Virus record (IMG/VR): IMGVR_UViG_3300030329_004935
Span: 1-54,928 of that record
DNA from: a virus
Lineage: Duplodnaviria; Caudoviricetes
Reading direction: 5' to 3' (one strand)
DNA length: 54,928 bases
Shown here: positions 20,467 to 29,217 of the stretch, piece after piece
Numbering within the stretch: position 1 is the stretch's first letter
Layout of the letters: every line of letters begins with the position of its first letter
Position numbers and translations under genes: made by a program
The notes under the pieces: model-generated
What the model saw: the letters and a program-made list of their open reading frames with translations, nothing else
Told to the model about the DNA's origin: nothing
The model's database searches: none

Positions 20467-22023
20467 TTATGCAACCACCCAACTTTTAGGGCTTGGCTTC
20501 TTTTTATACCAATCCCCTTCTTTATTTTGTTTAAAGGACTTAATAGGATGAGCATACTTGCAAGCATAAGCCAAAGCATCAATCGTATCATCATGACCCA
20601 TCCTTGGTCCAAATGTAAAAATTTCATGTTGAAGATCATACATATCTTTCTTAATATGCACACCTCCTATTGAGAATCTTTGTGCCAAAATCTCTTGAAT
20701 CCTATCACGTTTCGACATGCGATTCCCAGGTTTTTCAGCTGCATATTTAATGGAGAAATTATTCCTCCTACGCATCTCCGCATTAATTGCCTGAAATACT
20801 GGCTTTGACATCGTAGTATCCTCAATGCAAAATAAATCTGGTTTGTAAATTTTATTGTAATCAAAGATATAATCCACAATACCTTTTCTATTATCGCCAG
20901 GAATCCCAAGTACAGGTAATGACCTCCTGCGTAAATACTCAAGAACGTAAACATTATTATCGACATCAACCCCAACAAAAATAAGAACACTGAAATCGCT
21001 ATCCCTACGAGCAGAATCAGTAGCGGGGTCAACACCTGCAAATACACTGATTGGCTTAACATCGCCTTCTTTAGTGTGAATAAAAGAAAGTTCAGCTTCT
21101 TCATCATAAATATAATCTCCCTCCCAATATTTAACATGATTCCTCGTAAATATAGAATCTTCTTCATTTTGAACTTCCATCATATATTCTTGATAGAATT
21201 TCTGTGGCTGACCTGAATCAGCATAAAACTTTTTCTTCCTCTCCATCTCTTTTGCTCCAAACCAACTAGGCCAAAGTGGTGTTCCATCTGGCTGGAGAGC
21301 TTTATAAGTTATAACATCCCAACTATATTTGTCACCCATTTTTTTACTTTTTTCGTAACCGTTAAGGATGTTAGTAATAAAAGCATCAAAGTGAACGGGA
21401 GTACCATTAATACGTAAACGACCAGTATGAGGTTCGAGAGCAGGGAATACAACAGCCGTAACAAGGTTAGAGATTTTACTTCTAGACTCAGGCGTAACGG
21501 TATTATTCTCGTCCTCAAAATCGTCCAGCACGATAAGATCGTACCTTTTATGCAATTTAGCTCCTCCTCTAATACCTGATAAATTACTTTTACTGATAAG
21601 CTTACATCCGTTAGATAATTCGATATCATCTTCTGTCCATTTCCTTCCTTTTAAATCTCCAAAATAATATAAAAATTTATCATTATATTCTAAATGATAT
21701 TTAATATAATCCAAATTAGGCACTGATATTTTAGAACTTGCAGCTACCCATCCGTAAAATAAAGGTTCTGTGGTAAATACAAAATCATGTAATATAGAAC
21801 ATTTAGTTAAAACTGTTTTGCCATGACCCCTAGGCAATATAACTGCTAGTTGTCTTTTACTTAAATCATTTAATGCATCGGCTACTTCATAATGAAAAAA
21901 AGGAGTCTCACTTCTTCTATAATCATCTGGTAAAAATAATTTACCAAAAGCTATCAAATCTTTACTAGCAAGTTTTAATTGCTCCTCCATCTCAGACACA
22001 TTATGCAAATTGATATTAGCCAT
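20467..22023 (-). CDS. terL: Terminase large subunit
   Basis: Walker A PRGHGKT, Walker B LIVLDDFE, GTP coupling motif, nuclease GVDPA and HDDTIDALAYA. Confidence 0.95.
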   Translation of the reverse strand: MANINLHNVSEMEEQLKLASKDLIAFGKLFLPDDYRRSETPFFHYEVADALNDLSKRQLAVILPRGHGKTVLTKCSILHDFVFTTEPLFYGWVAASSKISVPNLDYIKYHLEYNDKFLYYFGDLKGRKWTEDDIELSNGCKLISKSNLSGIRGGAKLHKRYDLIVLDDFEDENNTVTPESRSKISNLVTAVVFPALEPHTGRLRINGTPVHFDAFITNILNGYEKSKKMGDKYSWDVITYKALQPDGTPLWPSWFGAKEMERKKKFYADSGQPQKFYQEYMMEVQNEEDSIFTRNHVKYWEGDYIYDEEAELSFIHTKEGDVKPISVFAGVDPATDSARRDSDFSVLIFVGVDVDNNVYVLEYLRRRSLPVLGIPGDNRKGIVDYIFDYNKIYKPDLFCIEDTTMSKPVFQAINAEMRRRNNFSIKYAAEKPGNRMSKRDRIQEILAQRFSIGGVHIKKDMYDLQHEIFTFGPRMGHDDTIDALAYACKYAHPIKSFKQNKEGDWYKKKPSPKSWVVA

Positions 22024-22949
22024 TATTCTATTCCAAAGTGTATCGTCGGACCAGCGCTAGGAGGTTCTATTTTACCAATTTCACTTAACCACTTTTTATC
22101 CAATCCTCCTTTGAATCCAATATTTTTTCCTTTATCTGTAACAATATCAAGTTTATTTAATTCCTTTCTTGGAATCTCAAACCTAAGCATATAACTTCCT
22201 TTCCCTCCCTTAGCTCCATACTTTACATTCATACTCCAAATCAAAGCCTCCTTCAAATCAGTACTTGTCCATAAAGTTCCTGTAGGAAGATCATAATCAT
22301 TAGTTATAGGATTAAATGTACCATATTCACCCCCAACAAACTTTCCATTTCTAACCATTGATTGACCTGATTCTGTGATATATTCATGGGCTTTCGGAAT
22401 ATATTCTTGATGTTTTTGAAACTCCCTTGCATATCTCAATCTTTCTTCTTTACCAAGATCACGTAAAAACGGTCTTTCTTTTGTAGGGGTTGTACCATAT
22501 TCTCCAGCAAATTCTAATCTTAATTCTTGATTATGTTTAAATTGAGTTAAATCACCTTTAAATGAATTTTTATCGAAAACTTTTTTAGGATGCCATGCAG
22601 TTGACCTGTATAAAGTAACTACTTCTTCTCCTGCTTCCCTAGCAGCTTTTATCGCCTTTTTTGCAGACACTGTTTGACCTATCGCAGGTATCATAGCTGC
22701 TGCAGAAAATGCTGCATCTCCAAATTCACCTTCAAACGCATATAATAATGCATCGGCTGCATCTGCGATATTACCTAACCCAGGAGTAAATCCAGCAGCC
22801 ATCAAACTATTATGTATAGTCTCCTTGCTTATACGAGGTACTTTTTCTCCAAATAAATTCTTTACACCAGTCTTATCCGCTGCTGCATAATTCATTTGAT
22901 CAAATACTCTATTATTGAGATCAGGTGTTTTATTTAATTTGTTACTCAT
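22023..22949 (-). CDS. Pre-toxin domain plus putative ADP-ribosyltransferase-like domain (paralog 1)
   Basis: GFTPGLGNIADAADALLY.EG...A..S....IP pre-toxin motif; LYRS, WTSTD..EA, LRFEIP. Confidence 0.55.
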   Translation of the reverse strand: MSNKLNKTPDLNNRVFDQMNYAAADKTGVKNLFGEKVPRISKETIHNSLMAAGFTPGLGNIADAADALLYAFEGEFGDAAFSAAAMIPAIGQTVSAKKAIKAAREAGEEVVTLYRSTAWHPKKVFDKNSFKGDLTQFKHNQELRLEFAGEYGTTPTKERPFLRDLGKEERLRYAREFQKHQEYIPKAHEYITESGQSMVRNGKFVGGEYGTFNPITNDYDLPTGTLWTSTDLKEALIWSMNVKYGAKGGKGSYMLRFEIPRKELNKLDIVTDKGKNIGFKGGLDKKWLSEIGKIEPPSAGPTIHFGIE

Positions 22950-23642
22950 TTACTTTCCTGCCTTATGTACTTTTATTAAAAATCCCACAGGCAATCCTTC
23001 TTCAAAAATAGCCATTCCTCCAAATCCTTTTTCTGTGCCAATTAAATCATCTATTACATCCAGATTCTTTTTACCATATACATTTAAAGCATTATCCTTT
23101 AACCAAGTTTCTGGAACTTCAAATTCTAAAACCACTCCATCTCGACTATATGATTCCGCTATCTTCTTGTCTGTAGTTGTATATAAAACTTTTTTTCTCT
23201 CTCCTTTAACCGTTCTCGTACTTTTTTTACCACTCGAAACAAACATTCCATTCTCTACCATTTGACCAGGATACCATTTCTCATATCCCCTATAAAGCTT
23301 AGTAGTTTTTTCTCCAGCTTTTTTAGCTGCATTTAAAGCCTTATGAGCACTAACATACTGTCCTACAACTGGAATTGCTGCACCCGCTGATAAAGCAGCA
23401 TTTCCAAACTCCCCTTCTAATGCGTACAATATAGCATCAGTAGCATCGGCAATATTTCCAACTCCAGGATACATTCCTGCTACCATTAGCATATTGTGAA
23501 TGCTTTCGCTACTTAGAGTATTTTCTTCTCCAAATAAATTAGACACTCCTGTGTTATCAGATTCTGCAGAAGCAATCATTTGATCAAATGCCATATTGTT
23601 AATTAAAAGATCTAATTTATTTATTTTGCTATTATTCTTCAA
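22950..23642 (-). CDS. Pre-toxin domain plus putative ADP-ribosyltransferase-like domain (paralog 2)
   Basis: GMYPGVGNIADATDAILY motif; LYRG, YTTTD..IA..Y, VLEFEVP. Confidence 0.55.
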   Translation of the reverse strand: MKNNSKINKLDLLINNMAFDQMIASAESDNTGVSNLFGEENTLSSESIHNMLMVAGMYPGVGNIADATDAILYALEGEFGNAALSAGAAIPVVGQYVSAHKALNAAKKAGEKTTKLYRGYEKWYPGQMVENGMFVSSGKKSTRTVKGERKKVLYTTTDKKIAESYSRDGVVLEFEVPETWLKDNALNVYGKKNLDVIDDLIGTEKGFGGMAIFEEGLPVGFLIKVHKAGK

Positions 23643-23838
23643 CTTTATTCCATATTCCTATAGGACACTTAGCTCCTTTAAATTTAACTTTTGCTTTCAT
23701 AAAACATCCACATTTTTTACATCTATCATATTTAATCAAAAAGGTGCAATTCTTACAACTATCCCACCTTTTTTTTTCAATCTCTTTAGATACTCTTCCA
23801 CTTACTATAGAAGATAATCCTAATAAATCTACAGCCAT
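23632..23838 (-). CDS. Small Cys-rich metal-binding protein (DUF6171-like)
   Basis: CKNC...CKKCGCFMKAK...CPIGIW. Confidence 0.65.
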   Translation of the reverse strand: MAVDLLGLSSIVSGRVSKEIEKKRWDSCKNCTFLIKYDRCKKCGCFMKAKVKFKGAKCPIGIWNKVEE

Positions 23839-23857
23839 TATTCTCTCCTTTTACTTC

Positions 23858-24730
23858 TTACTTACAAAACGGATCCCCTGGCGGACACCGTAAATCTTTT
23901 CTAAACGACAAATCAAATGCTTTTAAGGAATCATGCAATGATGTTGCACCAGGACGCGGAGCAGGAGGTTCTACTCCTGTAAATGCAGGTATTTGTTGAG
24001 CTACTGCCCAATAATCATGACCTGGAGTTCCTAATTCAGCAGTTTTTGGAGGATCATATTCTGTTGGCCACATCCCTGGATATTCACTAGGTGGCAACGA
24101 ATGGCTTCCTGGCGGTCTTGGTACTCCTGAGACAGGGCCATAATCAAGAGGATTTTCTTGATAATTTCCTCCAGGCTCACCAGGTTCATCATATTCCTCT
24201 AGTGTACCAAATGGATCCTCTGTTCCCTCTAAATCATCACTTGCAAAATCTCCTGGAAGATCAGGCATAACATCTGGACGATCAGGCAAACTGCCATAAG
24301 GAGGCAATAGGTCTGCTTTGAGATGTCCGTATTGATTTGGCTTTTGCCATAATACAAATTCATCCCCTGGATCAAGTCCTCCCCCTTCATATCCTGGAGT
24401 TTGCGCAATGTCTGGCCCAAAACCAGGGTGAGGTGGTGCTGCCTGTGGATTAAAATATTGTGGAGGCGAATAAGGCTTTGAACCAGGTCGAGGTTTTTTC
24501 TTTTGAGGTGGTCTAATACTTGGTTTCGGCCTATAAGGAGGACTAGATATTGGAGGTCTAAGGAAAGAACTATCTCCATCCCTTGTACCACTCATAAGAA
24601 GATTACCTCCTAAGCTATCCATCAATGACCTATTATTTCTTGCGGGACGTGCAGAAGTGCCTCGACCAGAATACCGAGCAGATCCAGATGGACCACCTAA
24701 TCCTCGTAATTGTTTAATATTAATCGCCAT
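23858..24730 (-). CDS. Pro-rich, intrinsically disordered hypothetical protein
   Basis: Basic Pro/Gly N-half, acidic Pro C-half, ends CPPGDPFCK; start likely MAINIKQL. Confidence 0.6.
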   Translation of the reverse strand: MAINIKQLRGLGGPSGSARYSGRGTSARPARNNRSLMDSLGGNLLMSGTRDGDSSFLRPPISSPPYRPKPSIRPPQKKKPRPGSKPYSPPQYFNPQAAPPHPGFGPDIAQTPGYEGGGLDPGDEFVLWQKPNQYGHLKADLLPPYGSLPDRPDVMPDLPGDFASDDLEGTEDPFGTLEEYDEPGEPGGNYQENPLDYGPVSGVPRPPGSHSLPPSEYPGMWPTEYDPPKTAELGTPGHDYWAVAQQIPAFTGVEPPAPRPGATSLHDSLKAFDLSFRKDLRCPPGDPFCK

Positions 24731-25454
24731 TATTAATTTCTTTCGGCCTAGAGGCACTTTCTATTTCGTTATCTGTAAATCCTTGAAATAATGCTCCTGT
24801 TACTTGAGTAACTTTAGTACTATTTTTATCTTCAAGATCCATAATATCAGCCAGTTTAAAAAGAGCCTTTAATCTGGTTTCGTCTTTATCAGTAGTGCCA
24901 ATCACATCCTTGATGGTCTTCAAAACGTACTCTTCACTAATACCTAACTCTTCCAAAACTGGCTTTAATTCTTCCTTCATAGCTGTCCTTATCCTCTCAG
25001 TTTTTACTAATGTTCCAGACTTCTCAAAAGCATATTTCCTATTTTCTGTAGGAAAAGCTTGTAAATAAGCATCTTCTGGATTTATACCTGCTGCCATTAA
25101 TGCTACGAATTTCTCTTCATAGCTACTTAAATTCTTTTTATCTCTCATCCTTTCTTGAGCCTTTTTGCCTCCAAAAGAATATATATCTTCTCTCCTGCTA
25201 GTATCCATCTTAGCTGTCTTAGATATAGGGAAAGTACCTGTACAAGTACCAACATACTCTCTTAATTTATTCTTACCCATCCTTCTTAGCATCTTACCTC
25301 TACGAAGAATTTGAATGACAGATTCATCATCCGCCATTACCCATTCACCTACTTGGCCTAATCGCCAATCAGACAATACTAATAAGTCTAAAGGTATCTC
25401 ATCATCAGAGTCATATACCTTATGTTCTATACCATTAACTTTATATAGACGCAT
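24720..25454 (-). CDS. Putative terminase small subunit
   Basis: HTH-like EDAYLQAF segment, ELGISEEYVL and RLKAL..L oligomerisation helices; upstream of terL. Confidence 0.6.
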   Translation of the reverse strand: MRLYKVNGIEHKVYDSDDEIPLDLLVLSDWRLGQVGEWVMADDESVIQILRRGKMLRRMGKNKLREYVGTCTGTFPISKTAKMDTSRREDIYSFGGKKAQERMRDKKNLSSYEEKFVALMAAGINPEDAYLQAFPTENRKYAFEKSGTLVKTERIRTAMKEELKPVLEELGISEEYVLKTIKDVIGTTDKDETRLKALFKLADIMDLEDKNSTKVTQVTGALFQGFTDNEIESASRPKEINNGD

Positions 25455-25461
25455 AAATTAT

Positions 25462-25611
25462 TTAATACTGCCTACCTCTATTGCTACGCTTCATTGCACC
25501 AGGTACATTAGGAGTACCTTTGTCAATTATTTTATTCTTCTTTGCTCTTTTCATACATGCTGCTCTTGCAGCAGGATCTTTTATATTCGCACATCCTTTT
25601 CCTCGCGCCAT
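25462..25611 (-). CDS. Small basic hypothetical protein (MARGKGC...)
   Basis: AAGGAAGG SD; K/R-rich. Confidence 0.5.
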   Translation of the reverse strand: MARGKGCANIKDPAARAACMKRAKKNKIIDKGTPNVPGAMKRSNRGRQY

Positions 25612-25612
25612 A

Positions 25613-25753
25613 TTATTGCCCTTCCTTATATTTAGATCTACCATCTCTATATTGCCCTTTACTCATATCAGATTTATCGTGCTTTTCCCCAACTGGGTGC
25701 CTCTCACCTGAATATGGTCATATATGATATTCTTCTTTATTTTTTGTCATCAT
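25613..25753 (-). other. 46-codon ORF interrupted by one in-frame TGA (recoded gene or pseudogene)
   Basis: MMTKNKEEYHI*PYSGERHPVGEKHDKSDMSKGQYRDGRSKYKEGQ exactly fills the gap between neighbours. Confidence 0.4.
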
Positions 25754-25901
25754 CCATCCTTTTAAATTGAGTCATAGGCTGTGTTCCTTTTGATCTAATA
25801 CGCCACGCCTTTAACTCTGCTGCTACGTCTAACTCAACATCATCCTTAAACTTTCTCATTGTAGGCATTATTTCTCTTACAGTGGGTTGCTTAAGTCTCA
25901 T
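25737..25901 (-). CDS. Small hypothetical protein (MRLKQPTV...)
   Basis: ATG just after the upstream stop; tight operon packing. Confidence 0.45.
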   Translation of the reverse strand: MRLKQPTVREIMPTMRKFKDDVELDVAAELKAWRIRSKGTQPMTQFKRMDDDKK

Positions 25902-25905
25902 TTTA

Positions 25906-26115
25906 CTATTTTTCTTTTTTTTCAATTTTTTTCCTTTGCTTCTTTTCAGGATTATCAATCTGATTATTGATTACCTTAGTTAGTGAATTAAATTGATTTT
26001 TAAAATCACCCATTTCAGTATCAAGCCTAAATTTTAAAACTTTAATCTCTTCATTAAGCTCTTCAAACTTTTTATCTATCTTTTCATTTAAACTGTAACC
26101 ATCTAAACTTGGCAT
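25906..26115 (-). CDS. Coiled-coil hypothetical protein
   Basis: GGAG SD, heptad pattern. Confidence 0.6.
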   Translation of the reverse strand: MPSLDGYSLNEKIDKKFEELNEEIKVLKFRLDTEMGDFKNQFNSLTKVINNQIDNPEKKQRKKIEKKEK

Positions 26116-26130
26116 ATTCTCTCCTTTTTT

Positions 26131-26568
26131 TTACTGAATGTATGGCGAATCATCATGACTAGCCGCGTTTATTAAAGTATTTAAATTTTCTTGTTTCCCA
26201 ATCCATTCCTGCCAGACGTCATGAGGTATATCTTTTGGAGTATTCATTATATAATAACTACGATACGCTGCATTCTTTACTGTATTAGGCATATCTTCAG
26301 ATGTTTCAATCATATCATGAAAAGCATTAGGTGATAATTCCCAAGGATTAGCAGTTTGACCCACCCATCTATATTGTGTATTATCCATTCCATATCCTTG
26401 AGATGGATCTAAAATATTATACAATGCCTCAGCAGCAATAGCATGTGCATCAGTTGGAAACACTGTTTTTGCTTTATCTGCTATAGTGAATAGGTTTTGT
26501 GCATCAGCAATATCAGCTTCCGATACGCTTATCATACTTTGAAATGCTTCTTTATCAACTTTGTCCAT
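26131..26568 (-). CDS. Hypothetical protein (possible virion cargo)
   Basis: GGAG SD; N-terminal VDKEAFQSM motif. Confidence 0.6.
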   Translation of the reverse strand: MDKVDKEAFQSMISVSEADIADAQNLFTIADKAKTVFPTDAHAIAAEALYNILDPSQGYGMDNTQYRWVGQTANPWELSPNAFHDMIETSEDMPNTVKNAAYRSYYIMNTPKDIPHDVWQEWIGKQENLNTLINAASHDDSPYIQ

Positions 26569-26577
26569 AAATTCTCC

Positions 26578-27144
26578 TTACTTCTTTTTATGAGTGCCCC
26601 ATTCATTAGGATCAAAATAACCTGTGGGTGCGATATACTCAAAACTGGTACCCATTAAATCCTTTCTAGTCCGTGTAACTTTTCCTTTTACATCTTTACG
26701 ATTATCATGCCTTCCAAAACCAAGTTGGTTTAATGCATCACTTAGCTTGCCTTTCTGCACACGTTCGAGAAAGTTCTTATTCCAGGTTGTCAGGTCTTCT
26801 GGGAGAGGCATTAATAGATTCTCAAAGTCTTTTGGGTAAAGTCTCCCATGCTTCTCCCACGATTCTAGATTTCCTCGTAACTCTGCGCTATATTTATTAG
26901 CACTCTGCACCCATTCTAATACCTCTGGCTGTTGAATAAAAAGATTGGCAATCTCCTCTTGGCTGTAATTGTTTCTTAAATATGTCACTATTTCTTTCTG
27001 ATCTGTTCGTATCGGTGCATCTTTCCAATCCTGTCTCGTCATAGTCTTAAGAGTATCCATTACATTTTCATTATGTATAATGATTTTTTCATCTACATCC
27101 TTAACCTTATCAAAAACACCTCCCCATAAATCAAATTTACCCAT
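26578..27144 (-). CDS. Hypothetical protein
   Basis: GGAGG SD before MGKFDLWGG. Confidence 0.6.
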   Translation of the reverse strand: MGKFDLWGGVFDKVKDVDEKIIIHNENVMDTLKTMTRQDWKDAPIRTDQKEIVTYLRNNYSQEEIANLFIQQPEVLEWVQSANKYSAELRGNLESWEKHGRLYPKDFENLLMPLPEDLTTWNKNFLERVQKGKLSDALNQLGFGRHDNRKDVKGKVTRTRKDLMGTSFEYIAPTGYFDPNEWGTHKKK

Positions 27145-27280
27145 CGTTAACATCCTCCGAATTATCTTTTATATCATTTATATGCGCATTTAACTTAGCT
27201 ATCTCTTCTTCTAAGAAGCTAAGTTTATATGCTAAATCAGCAATATCATTACCTAATCGTGTTACTGTTTCTTCTAACAT
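27137..27280 (-). CDS. Small coiled-coil protein (47 aa, MLEETVTRLG...)
   Basis: TAATG coupling upstream and overlap with the next start; below the cutoff. Confidence 0.55.
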   Translation of the reverse strand: MLEETVTRLGNDIADLAYKLSFLEEEIAKLNAHINDIKDNSEDVNDG

Positions 27281-27777
27281 TATACACTAGCTATAAATAC
27301 TTCTACATCCACATTATTTGAACCTGGATCTATAAGTATACTTTCTAAATCATGCAATGTTGTTTGAACGCTACCATCTGCATCATATACTGCAATGGAA
27401 TCATGACCTGTTCCCATTATCAAACTTTGTCCAGCAGCTAATAATATAGTAGCAGTCTCATTTACAGCACTAGCACCACTACCACTTTCAGTAGTGTCTA
27501 TCTGTAAATTAACATTAACTGATTCAGTATCATCTAAATTAGTTACTCTAATATACTTTGTATCAGCAATATCTAAACTTGAGTCAGTTATGTCTACCTG
27601 TGCTCCAAATCTTGCAACTGTAGTGTCTACCCCTGCTATGCATGTTACTATTCTTTTATAAACTTCATTTATAGAGGCAATAGTAAATGTATTGCTACTT
27701 CCTTGATTTTGACCATTAAGGCTAATGGTCTCTGTTAATTTAACCGTCATTGTTGCGGCCGTTATTGTACTTGCCAT
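27280..27777 (-). CDS. Putative virion beta-sandwich protein
   Basis: YIRVTNLD, LAAGQS and VDVEVFIAS motifs; GGAG SD. Confidence 0.6.
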   Translation of the reverse strand: MASTITAATMTVKLTETISLNGQNQGSSNTFTIASINEVYKRIVTCIAGVDTTVARFGAQVDITDSSLDIADTKYIRVTNLDDTESVNVNLQIDTTESGSGASAVNETATILLAAGQSLIMGTGHDSIAVYDADGSVQTTLHDLESILIDPGSNNVDVEVFIASV

Positions 27778-27832
27778 AGAACTTCTCCTATACTATTTAT
27801 ATCACTCTGGTAACAAATCACGAAGTGATTTA

Positions 27833-28036
27833 TTAAGATTCTCCAATCTCTCCATCATATAATTCTTTCAAAATCTGTACACTCTCTTTATCCCAATAGT
27901 CATTATCATTAACTTCTTTTACAATCTGAGTAGCTTTCTCAAGGTCATCCTTATCTAGAATTTCCTCTTGTATGTATTCAACTTCTTCAGTATCCTCATT
28001 ATACTCTATAGATAATACATATACTTTCCTACTCAT
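27833..28036 (-). CDS. Small acidic hypothetical protein
   Basis: Perfect AAGGAGGTGA SD; early in the late operon. Confidence 0.65.
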   Translation of the reverse strand: MSRKVYVLSIEYNEDTEEVEYIQEEILDKDDLEKATQIVKEVNDNDYWDKESVQILKELYDGEIGES

Positions 28037-28427
28037 ATCATCACCTCCTTATTCATTAAAGATAACCCTCACTATATTACTAACTTTATATTAAATAATC
28101 AATAGTTTTTTTGTAGAGCTAAGTTACTGATTTTATTGAACTTACTATTTTAATATTTTAAAGAACTAAAACTCAATTACTTATCCAAAGGCTCTTCATG
28201 TCTTTTTTGCTGTTTATGTGAGTGACCTATATTCTCACTAATATCAAATCTATTAATCGCTTTACCTGCTTTTAATAACATCAATATAACTATAAGCAGG
28301 ACGTAACGCATTACTCATCAATACTCATATATGCTCCCCATATAAGTAAAGCAATAATAAAAATTAATAAACCATACAATTCTTCTACTAACATAACCTC
28401 CATAATAAGGCCCCCTTTTTATATCAT

Positions 28428-28456
28428 AATATACAACAAAAAAGGTTAACTTTCAA
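28428..28456 (-). promoter_or_regulatory. Putative sigma70-like promoter at the head of the late (minus) arm
   Basis: TTGAAA-N17-TATATT in the divergence region. Confidence 0.55.
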
Positions 28457-28587
28457 AAATTATAGCATTTTAGTGTGTGGTGTTTCATTAATGATACACC
28501 CGCTATGCTGGGTTTTTTGTAATACAATTTAGGTTATTTTTGATTTAGATTCTTTTTGAGTTATTAATTAATAAAGTAAAGGATATT

Positions 28588-28848
28588 ATGAATAGATATG
28601 ATAAGTCGCAACTAATGCGCAACCTTAATAGGTCTAATGACATTGAAGTTTCTAAAGGAACTAAGGAAGCTTTGGAGTCTACTGCTATTATGCATTTAAG
28701 AGCTGGTAATCTGACTGAGTTTGCAATGTGTATGACAACGATTGCTAAGATTGACACTGTGAATACATTGAATGATAAAATAGATTCTACAGATGCTAAG
28801 CTTAATAAATTAATTGCTGGACTTGGTGGTGATACTACTGCAGATTAA
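28588..28848 (+). CDS. First early-arm hypothetical protein
   Basis: AAGGA SD; followed by a terminator. Confidence 0.65.
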   Translation: MNRYDKSQLMRNLNRSNDIEVSKGTKEALESTAIMHLRAGNLTEFAMCMTTIAKIDTVNTLNDKIDSTDAKLNKLIAGLGGDTTAD

Positions 28849-28855
28849 TAGTAAT

Positions 28856-28880
28856 GGGGAGTTAATTCTCCCCTTTATTA
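28856..28880 (+). terminator. Rho-independent terminator
   Basis: GGGGAG-TTAATT-CTCCCC then TTTATT. Confidence 0.6.
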
Positions 28881-29001
28881 TATATATTATACTTATTATT
28901 TACTATTTGGTTGTGATTTGCATTGTGATAAGCACTAAGCTATACACACACATGATGCACATGATATTTATAATACACTTATATTACACACAAGGAGTGA
29001 T

Positions 29002-29199
29002 ATGATTAGTGAAATGATTGATAGAATACTACCTTATTGGCACAATATATTCAATGCTGATAGGTGGTGTCCAAAAGAAGATAGAGCCTTTTATAAGCTA
29101 TATTTATGGTTTGTCTTTTTAATTACTTGGGTGCTAATTGGTACATATTTGTATGATGAAGAGTTATTGCAAATATTCTTTTGGCCTCTACATTTATAA
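29002..29199 (+). CDS. Small membrane protein
   Basis: AAGGAG SD; hydrophobic helix. Confidence 0.55.
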   Translation: MISEMIDRILPYWHNIFNADRWCPKEDRAFYKLYLWFVFLITWVLIGTYLYDEELLQIFFWPLHL

Positions 29200-29217
29200 T
29201 AACAACTGGGAGATAAT

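Noticed and set aside
20667-21629. Alternative-frame ORFs (166 aa, 106 aa) within terL
   Set aside because: They overlap a well-supported gene and have Leu/Ile/Met-rich shadow-frame composition
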